Source: Coprothermobacterota bacterium (GTDB taxonomy: Bacteria > Coprothermobacterota > Coprothermobacteria > Coprothermobacterales > Coprothermobacteraceae). Taken from it: a stretch of DNA of 64,000 nt. Made by a program: the position numbers and the translations under genes. Shown in pieces: positions 9,975 through 18,446 of the stretch. The stretch lies in contig JAZIGN010000003.1 in the NCBI GenBank assembly GCA_036679065.1, positions 352,001-416,000 on the forward strand. The letters run 5' to 3'. The notes beneath the pieces are model-generated. The model had not been told where the DNA came from. It did no database searches and was given only the letters and a program-made list of their open reading frames with translations. Each line of letters opens with the position of its first letter. Within the stretch, counting starts at the first letter, position 1.

Positions 9975-11978
9975 GTGAGAGTTATTAGAGGTTTAGAGAT
10001 GTCGTTTTTTGTGTTCTTAGCTGCATTCGTCGTTTTCCTGCTGCCAGCAAGCAACATTTACGCGGATACAGCCCCTTTTTTCATAGGGGGCGTAAATATA
10101 AAACCGTACCAGGAAAGCAACATTGTACTTTCAAAAGAAAACCTAACCATTACGTTTAACAAAAGTGACGACCCGAGAAACAGTACTGCAAGCGTGAATG
10201 CTCAGTTTATCTTTGTGAATACGGGGGATAAAGTCTCGCTTAAGGTTGGTTTTCCTTTCAGTTTAGCCAGCAGACCTGGTTTTGACACAACGAGCACTTT
10301 GGAATCCCTTAAAGTGAAGGTGAAAGTGGATGGTAATCAAATTACACCCACGTTTGTTGCGCCAGGTGAACACGGAGAATATGCTCCGCTCATCTATTTT
10401 GACGTCACTTTCGATAAGAATGAAACGAAAGAAATTCAGGTTAGCTATGAGGGGAAGGCAGCTGGGGGATATTTCCTATATGTCTTGAATACAGGTTCTT
10501 ACTGGAAGGGCCCTATCGGAACGCTTGATATGACCTTCAAGTTCCCTTATAAAGCGGCCGCTCCCAACGTATTTAGTATTATGCCAGGCGGATATAAGAT
10601 TGATGGGAACGAAGTTGTCTATCACCTCGTAAACTATGAACCTGTGCAGAACATAGAAGTGGAGTTTCTTCCTTACTACATGTATGAAAAGGTAAACCCG
10701 CTTAGGCTAAAAGCAGAAGCAACCAACAACGCCAGCGATTGGTTCGACTACGCCATGGCTTTCTTCCCCGAGAATCCCATAGGTTCCATGGATGAGTTTG
10801 TGGGCTGGTATCGCACGCCTGGTTTCAGGGACTATGTGGAAAGTATACTTAAGAAAGCCGTTAGCCTGCAAGAGGAGGGTTCTCCGGAGCAGGTAGTTCT
10901 TCAAGAGGTTTATAGTGCTCACTATGAAGCCCCTGCAAGTTTTGCAGAAGGGTTAGACGCTGTTTTGAAGCTTGATGGTAATCATATAAGTTTGCCTTCC
11001 ACTTCTTTGGATATTTTGAGGGAAAACATTGGGTCCATAGAGAATGCCACTGAGGGCAAAATCCTCGGTTACGTCATGGAATATGCTGTGGCTGCAGATC
11101 TTAAACAGAACAGGCCCACTCAAGCACTTTCCGATTTTGATCAGCTTTTGGAGCTTGCTGACAAATATTTTGACAAAGATACCTATTACAGTGTTTCCCC
11201 AGTGCTCAGTATGGCTATGCAAAACAACATAGGAAAAGGCGTGACAAAATATGTCTCTCCTCCCTTTACGCAGTGCTTTATTCCTTCTGTCTCCTTGAAG
11301 AATCAAACGCTGACTGCGCATTACAATGTTCCTTACGACCTTGGTCTAGCTTTAGAAGATTTTGATACCAACAACGATCAAAATCCTCCTAAAGACTACC
11401 GCATCGTAGGCGCCTTGGAGAAAGCACCGCCGTACGGTTATGTAGTGACTGTGACGTTCCCTAAAGGCGTAACAGAATCGCAGTTTGCGAGCGTAAAGGA
11501 GACCTTAACACAGCTGGGCAACGATGCCTTTGATGTAGCTCCCGACTCCCAAACGGCGAAGCTACTTAGCAGCTATTTTGGAAAAATCCTTGACAATGTA
11601 ATGCTGGAAAATGGGAAGTTTGCAGTGATCAAATCTTCTGTAGCCAGCACGCCGGAACTGGAGATGGGTTTAGCTGACCTGAGCCTGGAGATAAGAAAGA
11701 TTACAAACGCGCAGCAGCAGTTCAAAGACACCACGTTTGATGAAGCATTTGCCCAGACGATGCTAAGTTACCTTTCTACAAATAAGGCGTATTTTGACAA
11801 TTTGCCCAGAAACTCTGCCATAACGTTTGGCGCCGTGGCACAAACAGGAGCGGGTGGACCAACAAGTCAGAGCCTCATAATTGCTATCATGGCAAGCCTT
11901 GTTGCGGTGCTCCTCATTGCCTTTGTTTTGGTGACGGAACGCAAAAGTAAAGTTGAGGACGCGAACGCAAAAGAATAG
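9975..11978 (+). CDS. Exported, C-terminally membrane-anchored protein with a DUF4424-like N-terminal domain
   Basis: Signal peptide, LSKENLTITF...FVNTG...VGFP and YVLNTGSYWKGPIG motifs, C-terminal TM plus basic tail. Confidence 0.65.
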   Translation: MRVIRGLEMSFFVFLAAFVVFLLPASNIYADTAPFFIGGVNIKPYQESNIVLSKENLTITFNKSDDPRNSTASVNAQFIFVNTGDKVSLKVGFPFSLASRPGFDTTSTLESLKVKVKVDGNQITPTFVAPGEHGEYAPLIYFDVTFDKNETKEIQVSYEGKAAGGYFLYVLNTGSYWKGPIGTLDMTFKFPYKAAAPNVFSIMPGGYKIDGNEVVYHLVNYEPVQNIEVEFLPYYMYEKVNPLRLKAEATNNASDWFDYAMAFFPENPIGSMDEFVGWYRTPGFRDYVESILKKAVSLQEEGSPEQVVLQEVYSAHYEAPASFAEGLDAVLKLDGNHISLPSTSLDILRENIGSIENATEGKILGYVMEYAVAADLKQNRPTQALSDFDQLLELADKYFDKDTYYSVSPVLSMAMQNNIGKGVTKYVSPPFTQCFIPSVSLKNQTLTAHYNVPYDLGLALEDFDTNNDQNPPKDYRIVGALEKAPPYGYVVTVTFPKGVTESQFASVKETLTQLGNDAFDVAPDSQTAKLLSSYFGKILDNVMLENGKFAVIKSSVASTPELEMGLADLSLEIRKITNAQQQFKDTTFDEAFAQTMLSYLSTNKAYFDNLPRNSAITFGAVAQTGAGGPTSQSLIIAIMASLVAVLLIAFVLVTERKSKVEDANAKE

Positions 11979-12000
11979 AGGATTAACTAAAAAACAATGT

Positions 12001-12033
12001 CGCCTCACCACAGCCCCTTGGTGGGGCGCTTTT
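12001..12033. terminator. Probable bidirectional terminator
   Basis: CGCCTCACCA...TGGTGGGGCG stem followed by a T tract, between convergent genes. Confidence 0.65.
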
Positions 12034-13532
12034 TATTTCCTGATTACTAGCAGTGCGTTGCTAAGATCTCTGCCAGGAGTTGTGAGCAGTTTCCCTTTGT
12101 AATACAAACCACTGGAAGCTCCACCGTCAATGTTCATGGCATTGTAAGCACCCAGTTTTTGCATAATTGTTGCTAAGTCCTCTATTTTCGCACTGTTTAC
12201 GGTCACCATGAGGAGCTTGTTATCTTTTGTCAGACCAAGCGCACTGCGAGCCATGGAATATTCTGTGATTTTGGGTATAGTATAGTTTTCTGCTTCCGGG
12301 TTCACCGTTATCTTACCGTTTGTAATCAGCCTGGGACCTGCACTCAAGGCGCCATCGATTACACCCTGCTGCCAGATATCCGGGTTCCCATTGTAGACGT
12401 AGTAATTGTCAATGTACCTTAACACAGTCCCTACATGGAATCTGTCCTCGTATTTTTTCTCACTGCCGTAGATGTTGATTACGTAACCATCTCTGGGTAT
12501 GCTCACATTGTCCCCGTGTATGACCTGCGTTACTGTATTGTTTCTTACTATGATGTTCGTGCCACCGTTGTACGCACGTGTCGTGGAGCCACGCTTGGGC
12601 GTATACAGGTTTATCGACCCTTTCGTACTCCAGTACTGGGGGGACCTGTTTATGGTTCCGACGTACCAACCCATGTCCATTATCCATGGTTCCATGTCAG
12701 GCGCGAGCTCGACGTACTGTCCTTCTATTTTCATGCCAATCAAACCTATGTCTGCCCTACCATCTTTTGTAAAGCCAAAAGTAGTGGCTGGTTTGTCACG
12801 GAAGCACAAATGTTCGATTCTACCATCTATGATCAGGTTCCCAGAGGGCTCCTTCGGGTTGGTGGTTTCATAAGCTCTGAAGAACGTTCCATTTATAGCA
12901 GCAATAGCATTGCTACGCTGTGCCATGCTTAAAAGTGATTCTGTTAGGCCTATCTGGTTCTGACCATAAGCAATCTTTAGACCCACATGAGGGTTGTTAA
13001 GAAAAACCTTCACAACCTTTACATTGAACGTTTTTCCGCCAAAAGACATTTGCATAGTGCTGGAAACGGCATCTGTATCTATGTACACAGCACGCTCTGT
13101 TTGATCCCAATCTACATACCTACCAAGGGCTTCGCCAATAAACCGCAGCGGTACGTAAGTTCGGGCCCCGTTTATAAAGGCGGGTACATCCAGAGAAACC
13201 TCTTTCCCATCAATTTGCGCTATGGCGTTACCAATTTGCAAAGAAATAGTCTTCGAACCTTGCTTTACCGTTACGGTCTTAGTTTGATCGTCCCATGTCA
13301 CCTGAGCGCCAAAATATTCAGAAATATAACGTATTGGCAGAAAGACACGCCCATCTTTTAAGATGGGCGGGCTATCAAAACTCTTCTTCTGCCCCTGTAT
13401 GTAAATAGGTATGGGAGAGTTGCTGGTTTGGGCTTGCACGTTTATAACCGGGGTAGGTGTTCCTAAAAGCGTGCAAAGAAGAAAGGCACATATTGCAACA
13501 ACCGTAATCTTTCTAAAATGTGAGTTCTGCAC
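12033..13532 (-). CDS. Copper-amine-oxidase N-terminal (stalk) domain + phosphodiester glycosidase (NAGPA-like) surface protein
   Basis: GRVFLPIRYISEYFGA and RTYVPLRFIGEALG repeats; AINGTFF, GPRL, ARSALG and AMNIDGGAS motifs. Confidence 0.85.
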   Translation of the reverse strand: MQNSHFRKITVVAICAFLLCTLLGTPTPVINVQAQTSNSPIPIYIQGQKKSFDSPPILKDGRVFLPIRYISEYFGAQVTWDDQTKTVTVKQGSKTISLQIGNAIAQIDGKEVSLDVPAFINGARTYVPLRFIGEALGRYVDWDQTERAVYIDTDAVSSTMQMSFGGKTFNVKVVKVFLNNPHVGLKIAYGQNQIGLTESLLSMAQRSNAIAAINGTFFRAYETTNPKEPSGNLIIDGRIEHLCFRDKPATTFGFTKDGRADIGLIGMKIEGQYVELAPDMEPWIMDMGWYVGTINRSPQYWSTKGSINLYTPKRGSTTRAYNGGTNIIVRNNTVTQVIHGDNVSIPRDGYVINIYGSEKKYEDRFHVGTVLRYIDNYYVYNGNPDIWQQGVIDGALSAGPRLITNGKITVNPEAENYTIPKITEYSMARSALGLTKDNKLLMVTVNSAKIEDLATIMQKLGAYNAMNIDGGASSGLYYKGKLLTTPGRDLSNALLVIRK

Positions 13533-13677
13533 TTCATTCAGCCCCTTTATGCAAATGCTTGGGGTCCTTCAACTTGGGACCTCTTTTTTTGCCGCATATA
13601 TTTATCATAAGCTAATCTTACAATAACTTATTGCACATAAAACGTGCATGTAGCTCACGGTAGCAAATGTTTGTGCA

Positions 13678-13918
13678 GTCAACAAGCAAACAAAAGGTAT
13701 ACCCGACTTCGAAAAACGCTTGAATGGCATTTACCTAAACGAAAGCAGACCTAAAAAAGTTTGTTGAAGTGTTTGACGAAAAACTGCAGTCTACGTTGGA
13801 CTACAAGAAGATCAAGAGAAATGTATCCTACAAGACGTTGATAAGACTAGAACTTTATAAACTCGAGAAGCACTTCATGGGTGAAGATATTTACAGGCCT
13901 TTTGTGGCAGAGTGGTGA
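13678..13918 (+). pseudogene. cas1: 3' fragment of type I-B-like cas1, with a frameshift near 13750
   Basis: DFEKRLNGIYLNES, then in another frame LKKFVEVFDEKL...VSYKTLIRLELYKLEKHFMGEDIYRPFVAEW*, the typical I-B Cas1 C-terminus. Ends 9 bp before cas2; most of the gene is missing. Confidence 0.85.
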
Positions 13919-13927
13919 CCAGTTGAT

Positions 13928-14191
13928 ATGTATGTGATAATGGTCTACGATGTTGGAGAAGAACGCGTTGCGAAGGTTCTAAAGACGGGGAGGAAGTATC
14001 TTACATGGATTCAGAATTCTGTTTTTGAGGGACAAATTACAGAATCGAAGTTGGAGAAACTCAAGACGGAACTTAAGAAAATAATAGAGCCAGAAAAGGA
14101 TAGTATCATATTCTTCAAACTTAGAGAAGCCTACTTGACGAAAAAAGAGATTATTGGTCGAGAAAAGCATGACACCTCTAACATCATATAA
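13928..14191 (+). CDS. cas2: CRISPR-associated endoribonuclease Cas2
   Basis: MYVIMVYDV...RKYLTWIQNSVFEG...DSI, 87 aa, located between the cas1 remnant and the array. Confidence 0.95.
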   Translation: MYVIMVYDVGEERVAKVLKTGRKYLTWIQNSVFEGQITESKLEKLKTELKKIIEPEKDSIIFFKLREAYLTKKEIIGREKHDTSNII

Positions 14192-14363
14192 AAATCTGTC
14201 GACCCCAGATAATGCAAAAAACCCGGGACTTTGACAGAATGCACTCATTGAGCAACGGCATCGAGGAATCCAATACTTCATGGTAAAATGTTTTAGAAAA
14301 GGCTTTCCGTCATCGCAGGCAAAGTTTTTGTGCAAGAGGCGTTTTACTGCAGGGACGGTGGGT
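14192..14363 (+). promoter_or_regulatory. CRISPR leader with extended -10 element
   Basis: 172-bp non-coding segment between cas2 and repeat 1. Contains CTGTCGACCCC...GGGACTTTGACAG (imperfect inverted repeat typical of I-B leaders) and TGGTAAAAT at 14281-14289. Confidence 0.75.
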
Positions 14364-14525
14364 GTTTCTAGCTTACCTACGAGGGATTGAAACGATCCTT
14401 GAGCGACGAGGCTATGGACCCAGATCTTCGTTTCTAGCTTACCTGCAAGGGATTGAAACCAGCACAAAGGTAATTGAAGGAAAGCGACAAGTTTAGTTTC
14501 TAGCTTACCTACGAGGGATTGAAAC
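14364..14525 (+). CRISPR. CRISPR array, part 1: 3 repeats and 2 spacers of 36 bp
   Basis: Repeats at 14364-14393 and 14496-14525 (GTTTCTAGCTTACCTACGAGGGATTGAAAC) and 14430-14459 (GTTTCTAGCTTACCTGCAAGGGATTGAAAC). The 3' ATTGAAAC end is typical of Cas6-processed repeats. Confidence 0.95.
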
Positions 14526-14574
14526 TTTGGAAAGAAACGTGAGAAGAGCAATATTTAGAAGAATGGAGGAATGA

Positions 14575-15522
14575 ATGAGAAAAACTGCTTTCAACGATGT
14601 GTCGGTAACCCTGGCACGCCCGTTTGTTAAATGGGCTGGCGGTAAAGCTCAACTATTGGATACCTTTAGGGATTATTATCCCAGAGCACTTCAGACTGGC
14701 CGGGTTAAAAGATATATCGAACCCTTTGTTGGTGGAGGCGCTGTGCTGTTTGACATTCTGCAAAGCTATAATGTTAAGGAAGCCTTTGTTTTTGACATTA
14801 ACGAAGATTTGATAAATGCTTATAATGTTGTAAAATATTGCGTTAATGAGCTCATTGAGATACTTTCATTTTTGGAACGGGAATACTTGAGGGCGGATGA
14901 AGAAGAACGTAAGCATATGTATTATGATATTAGGAATTTATACAACAATGCCAATAAACAGCCGGGCTTGAATGTGGAAAGAGCCGCTCAATTCATATTT
15001 CTCAATCACACATGCTTTAATGGTTTGTATAGAGTAAATAAGGCGGGACTTTTCAATGTGCCGGCGGGGCGCTATAAAAATCCTAAAATCTACGACGAAG
15101 AAAACCTATATTCGGTTAGCAATGTGCTTAAAAAAGTTAGTATATTCGCTGCTGATTATAAGGCGAGCTTGAATTATGTAGATACGGATAGCTTTGTCTA
15201 CATTGATCCGCCATACAGGCCGCTTACTGCTACAGCCCGTTTTACATCATATAGCAGATATGACTTTACCGATGACGATCAAATCGAGTTAGCTCAAGTC
15301 TTTAGAGAGATGAATAAGATGGGTGCTTTGCTAATGCTCAGCAACTCTGATCCGAAAAACGTTGATTTAAATGATAGCTTTTTTGACGAATTATATAAGG
15401 ATTTTCATATTTATAGAGTTTACGCTAAGCGCAGCATCAATGCTAAGGCCGATGGAAGGGCGAGCATTAGTGAGCTGATTGTGACAAATTATAAAGTAAA
15501 AAGAGGAGTATATGAAATATAG
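14575..15522 (+). CDS. dam: Dam/DpnM-family N6-adenine DNA methyltransferase (predicted GATC)
   Basis: KWAGGK, YIEPFVGGGAV, CFNGLYRVN...FNVP, DPPY and MLSNS motifs; RBS GGAGG. Confidence 0.95.
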   Translation: MRKTAFNDVSVTLARPFVKWAGGKAQLLDTFRDYYPRALQTGRVKRYIEPFVGGGAVLFDILQSYNVKEAFVFDINEDLINAYNVVKYCVNELIEILSFLEREYLRADEEERKHMYYDIRNLYNNANKQPGLNVERAAQFIFLNHTCFNGLYRVNKAGLFNVPAGRYKNPKIYDEENLYSVSNVLKKVSIFAADYKASLNYVDTDSFVYIDPPYRPLTATARFTSYSRYDFTDDDQIELAQVFREMNKMGALLMLSNSDPKNVDLNDSFFDELYKDFHIYRVYAKRSINAKADGRASISELIVTNYKVKRGVYEI

Positions 15523-16444
15523 CAACCTATTTTATAAACTTATAAGTTGCAAGGATGAGGATGATGTATTTGAATACCTTATAAGAAATTTGAAAGAAAC
15601 TATTATAAGCTGGGATTTTTTTGTAGCATGGGAAAAAGTGATTAACAAGGTGGAGGATATAGAAATCTCGCTTAACTTGCTTAACTATCTCGTTGGGAAA
15701 GAGAATATAACCGAAAAGTTTGCAGAGCTTGTCTCAAAGTATCCGGAGGTAATTGATGTTTTGCCAGTACTTGTTGCATGGCGAGCGAAAAACGTTAAAG
15801 TGCTCGACCCTCTTGATGATAATATCTTTAATTACAAAGAATACTCTTTTGAGAAAAAGTCTTCATACACAACTGAAGAAATAGCATCATTGACCGAATT
15901 TGCAGATAAGACAGGCCTGCTTGCTATGTTTAAAAATGAGAATATAAAAAGCGTCGTAGATTATGTTACTGGTGTCGAAGTTGGCCTTGATACGAATGCA
16001 AGGAAGAATAGAAGTGGTGCGGCTATGGAAATGATAACCGAGCTATTGATAAAAAGGATTTGCGCCAAGAATCGCTATAATTATATTTCACAAGCTACTG
16101 CTCATAAAATAAATGAATTGTTTGGTTATGAGGTAAAAGTTGATAAATCGGAGCGTTCATTCGATTTCGCCATAGACAATGGGGATAAGCTTTATCTTGT
16201 CGAGACGAACTACTACGGTGGAGGAGGCTCTAAGTTAAAAGCAGTGGCAGGAGAATTTGTGACTTTGTGTAGGTTTTTAAAAAGAGAAACGCCGCAGCAT
16301 ACCTTTATTTGGATAACAGACGGCTTGGGCTGGAAGACGGCAAAAAAACCATTGAGGGAAGCGTTTGATGAAGTCGATTATATATTAAACCTCTCCATGC
16401 TGGAAAACGGAGTGTTGGAGAACATTATATTGGAAGGACTATAA
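15512..16444 (+). CDS. DpnII-family type II restriction endonuclease (predicted GATC)
   Basis: DYVTGVEVGLDTNARKNRSG, FDFAI...LVETNYYGGGGSKL and FIWITDGLGW; overlaps the methyltransferase gene. Confidence 0.93.
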   Translation: MKYSNLFYKLISCKDEDDVFEYLIRNLKETIISWDFFVAWEKVINKVEDIEISLNLLNYLVGKENITEKFAELVSKYPEVIDVLPVLVAWRAKNVKVLDPLDDNIFNYKEYSFEKKSSYTTEEIASLTEFADKTGLLAMFKNENIKSVVDYVTGVEVGLDTNARKNRSGAAMEMITELLIKRICAKNRYNYISQATAHKINELFGYEVKVDKSERSFDFAIDNGDKLYLVETNYYGGGGSKLKAVAGEFVTLCRFLKRETPQHTFIWITDGLGWKTAKKPLREAFDEVDYILNLSMLENGVLENIILEGL

Positions 16445-16448
16445 AGGT

Positions 16449-17432
16449 ATGTCGCTAAAAGTGAAGTGTCCTATATGTGGCTATAAATGCACCAAGACGG
16501 AGTATGCAAAACATCTTGAATCGTACCACGTTGAAGATTATCAGCGTATCGTAGACGAAATAAACAAAGATATAAAGAATGGCATGAGCATAAAAGATGT
16601 AGCGCAAAAGAATTCCTTGACTGAAAGGTTCGTAAAAGGTGTGCTTGGTTATAGGACATTAGTAAAAGAAGAAATGACAAATTATAATGTTAGCAAAGCA
16701 AAAACTGAAATATGGGAGCCTGAGGATTTTTCTTTGGAAACAACTACTGTATGGGGTTTTCCTGACAGAGGTGATTGGGCAACTCATTCTGGCAAATACC
16801 GGGGTAACTGGTCACCTTATATACCCAGAAATGTGATATTGAGATATTCAAATGAAAATGATGTTGTACTGGATCAGTTTGTAGGAAGTGGGACTACACT
16901 TGTGGAGGCAAAGTTATTGGGAAGAAGGGGGTTAGGCGTCGATATAAACCCCGATGCAGTAAAACTTGCGCTGTCAAATGTTAATTTTGAACATAAGTGC
17001 GGCTTGGCTGACGTACATATTGGAGATGCAAGAAACCTCGATTTCGTAAAAGATAGTAGCATTGATCTTATCTGCACTCATCCGCCATATAGCAATATTA
17101 TCAAATATAGCGATAATATAGAGGGAGATCTTTCACATTACGACATACCTGAATTTTTAAAAGAAATGTATAAAGTAGCGTCAGAATCATATAGGGTCCT
17201 AAAAAGAGGTAGATTCTGCGCTGTTCTTATGGGTGATACGCGCAGAAAGGGTAACATTATACCTCTTGGTTTTAGAGTTATGGAAGTATTTTGCAAAGCG
17301 GGGCTTACTCTAAAGGAGATCGTCATAAAGGAACAGCACAACTGTACTTCAACAGGCTACTGGAAAAAGCAGAGCATAAAATATAATTTTTTGCTAATAG
17401 CGCACGAATATCTATTTATATTTAAAAAATAG
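16449..17432 (+). CDS. Second amino-DNA methyltransferase with an N-terminal C2H2-like zinc finger and HTH-like segment
   Basis: DQFVGSGTT (motif I) precedes THPPY (motif IV variant). N-terminus CPICG...HLESYH then GMSIKDVAQKNSLTERFV. Confidence 0.88.
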   Translation: MSLKVKCPICGYKCTKTEYAKHLESYHVEDYQRIVDEINKDIKNGMSIKDVAQKNSLTERFVKGVLGYRTLVKEEMTNYNVSKAKTEIWEPEDFSLETTTVWGFPDRGDWATHSGKYRGNWSPYIPRNVILRYSNENDVVLDQFVGSGTTLVEAKLLGRRGLGVDINPDAVKLALSNVNFEHKCGLADVHIGDARNLDFVKDSSIDLICTHPPYSNIIKYSDNIEGDLSHYDIPEFLKEMYKVASESYRVLKRGRFCAVLMGDTRRKGNIIPLGFRVMEVFCKAGLTLKEIVIKEQHNCTSTGYWKKQSIKYNFLLIAHEYLFIFKK

Positions 17433-17624
17433 CTTTTGGGGCAGTTTGAGGAGGCCATGTCTGCTGGGAAGAAAATGGAGGGCGGCATGGACAAGCTTGA
17501 TACATGAAATGTTTGCGCTATTAGTGGTCAAACTCAAAGGTGGTATGCTTGAGGACCATATGGTCCGCTGCAAGCAAAAAAATGTTTATCAAAAGGAATA
17601 AAAAAGCGAGTATTACTCATTTCA

Positions 17625-17722
17625 GCTTTTAGCTTACCTACAAGGGATCGAAACTGATGTCGGCCTTGCCTGTGAGCTAGGCCTGTATGCAAGTTTCTAG
17701 CTTACCTACAAGGGATTGAAAC
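17625..17722 (+). CRISPR. CRISPR array, part 2: 2 repeats and 1 spacer of 38 bp
   Basis: 17625-17654 GCTTTTAGCTTACCTACAAGGGATCGAAAC (3 mismatches to consensus) and 17693-17722 GTTTCTAGCTTACCTACAAGGGATTGAAAC; same orientation as part 1. Confidence 0.9.
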
Positions 17723-17841
17723 CCCCTTCTTTCACGGTTGAGCTGAACGGTGAAGTGCGAAATGACGTACAGGTAGAAGATTCTGGAGATCTGTGAAGGG
17801 CGTGAGTAGATAAGCGAAGAGCAGTTCATCGGAGATGCTAA

Positions 17842-18048
17842 TTGTTACTTAAAAAAGGTGGGTGTAGAAAGGTAGTAGATCCTGAGATCGAAGCTAAAGC
17901 AGGTAAGGTGTTTATGAATCCTACAGAAGAATTCAGTAAACACGTTCCAGAAGATGAGTTCGAGTGGCACCATTTACCAAAGTTCGTTGCGATGAAGCTT
18001 AATGAAGCAGGCGTAATTGTATTTGGTAAGTGGGAGAGGGAAGAATGA
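17842..18048 (+). CDS. Small hypothetical protein or gene remnant
   Basis: 68-aa ORF with protein-like composition; start uncertain and no family recognised. Confidence 0.3.
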   Translation: MLLKKGGCRKVVDPEIEAKAGKVFMNPTEEFSKHVPEDEFEWHHLPKFVAMKLNEAGVIVFGKWEREE

Positions 18049-18446
18049 ATTACAGTAGGCAGGTCCCAGGTTGCGCGCCTATTGGAATGATATGCACAGT
18101 ATGGCAGATGTTTTTAGGGAGCAGTATTTCTGGTAAAACAACTCCCATTCTTGATAAATGCAATGGGCAAGCTCTTTTGTTGAGAATTACCAGTTGTTAT
18201 TCAAATTGGTTCGAACACTTTTCGCGGCATAACGGACATTCATTTTCAATAACAACTAGTTGCCATTTGTCATATGAATGCAGTCGATAGTAGTTGCATT
18301 TTTTCAGGCTAACATGGGACCTTATATGTAGTATGCATGTGGTGTTGTAATGTGTCGTACTTTGCTTGACCGAAAGTGTTGCAAAGTTGCCATTTCTGGT
18401 CTAAACTGGGCTTAGCGAACTTTATATCCGGAAAAGGAGTGAGAGT

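Noticed and set aside
14300..14325. Partial similarity between the mini-array spacer (TGATGTCGG...) and the leader reverse strand (CGATGACGG)
   Set aside because: Only 7 of the first 9 nt match, with a position-1 mismatch and no extension; expected by chance.
13979..14551. 190-aa minus-strand ORF with repeated FQSLVGKLET
   Set aside because: It is the antisense translation of the CRISPR repeats (66-bp period), leader and cas2, not a gene.
17723..17800. Possible sixth, degenerate CRISPR repeat after R5
   Set aside because: No recognisable similarity to the repeat about 36 bp downstream.
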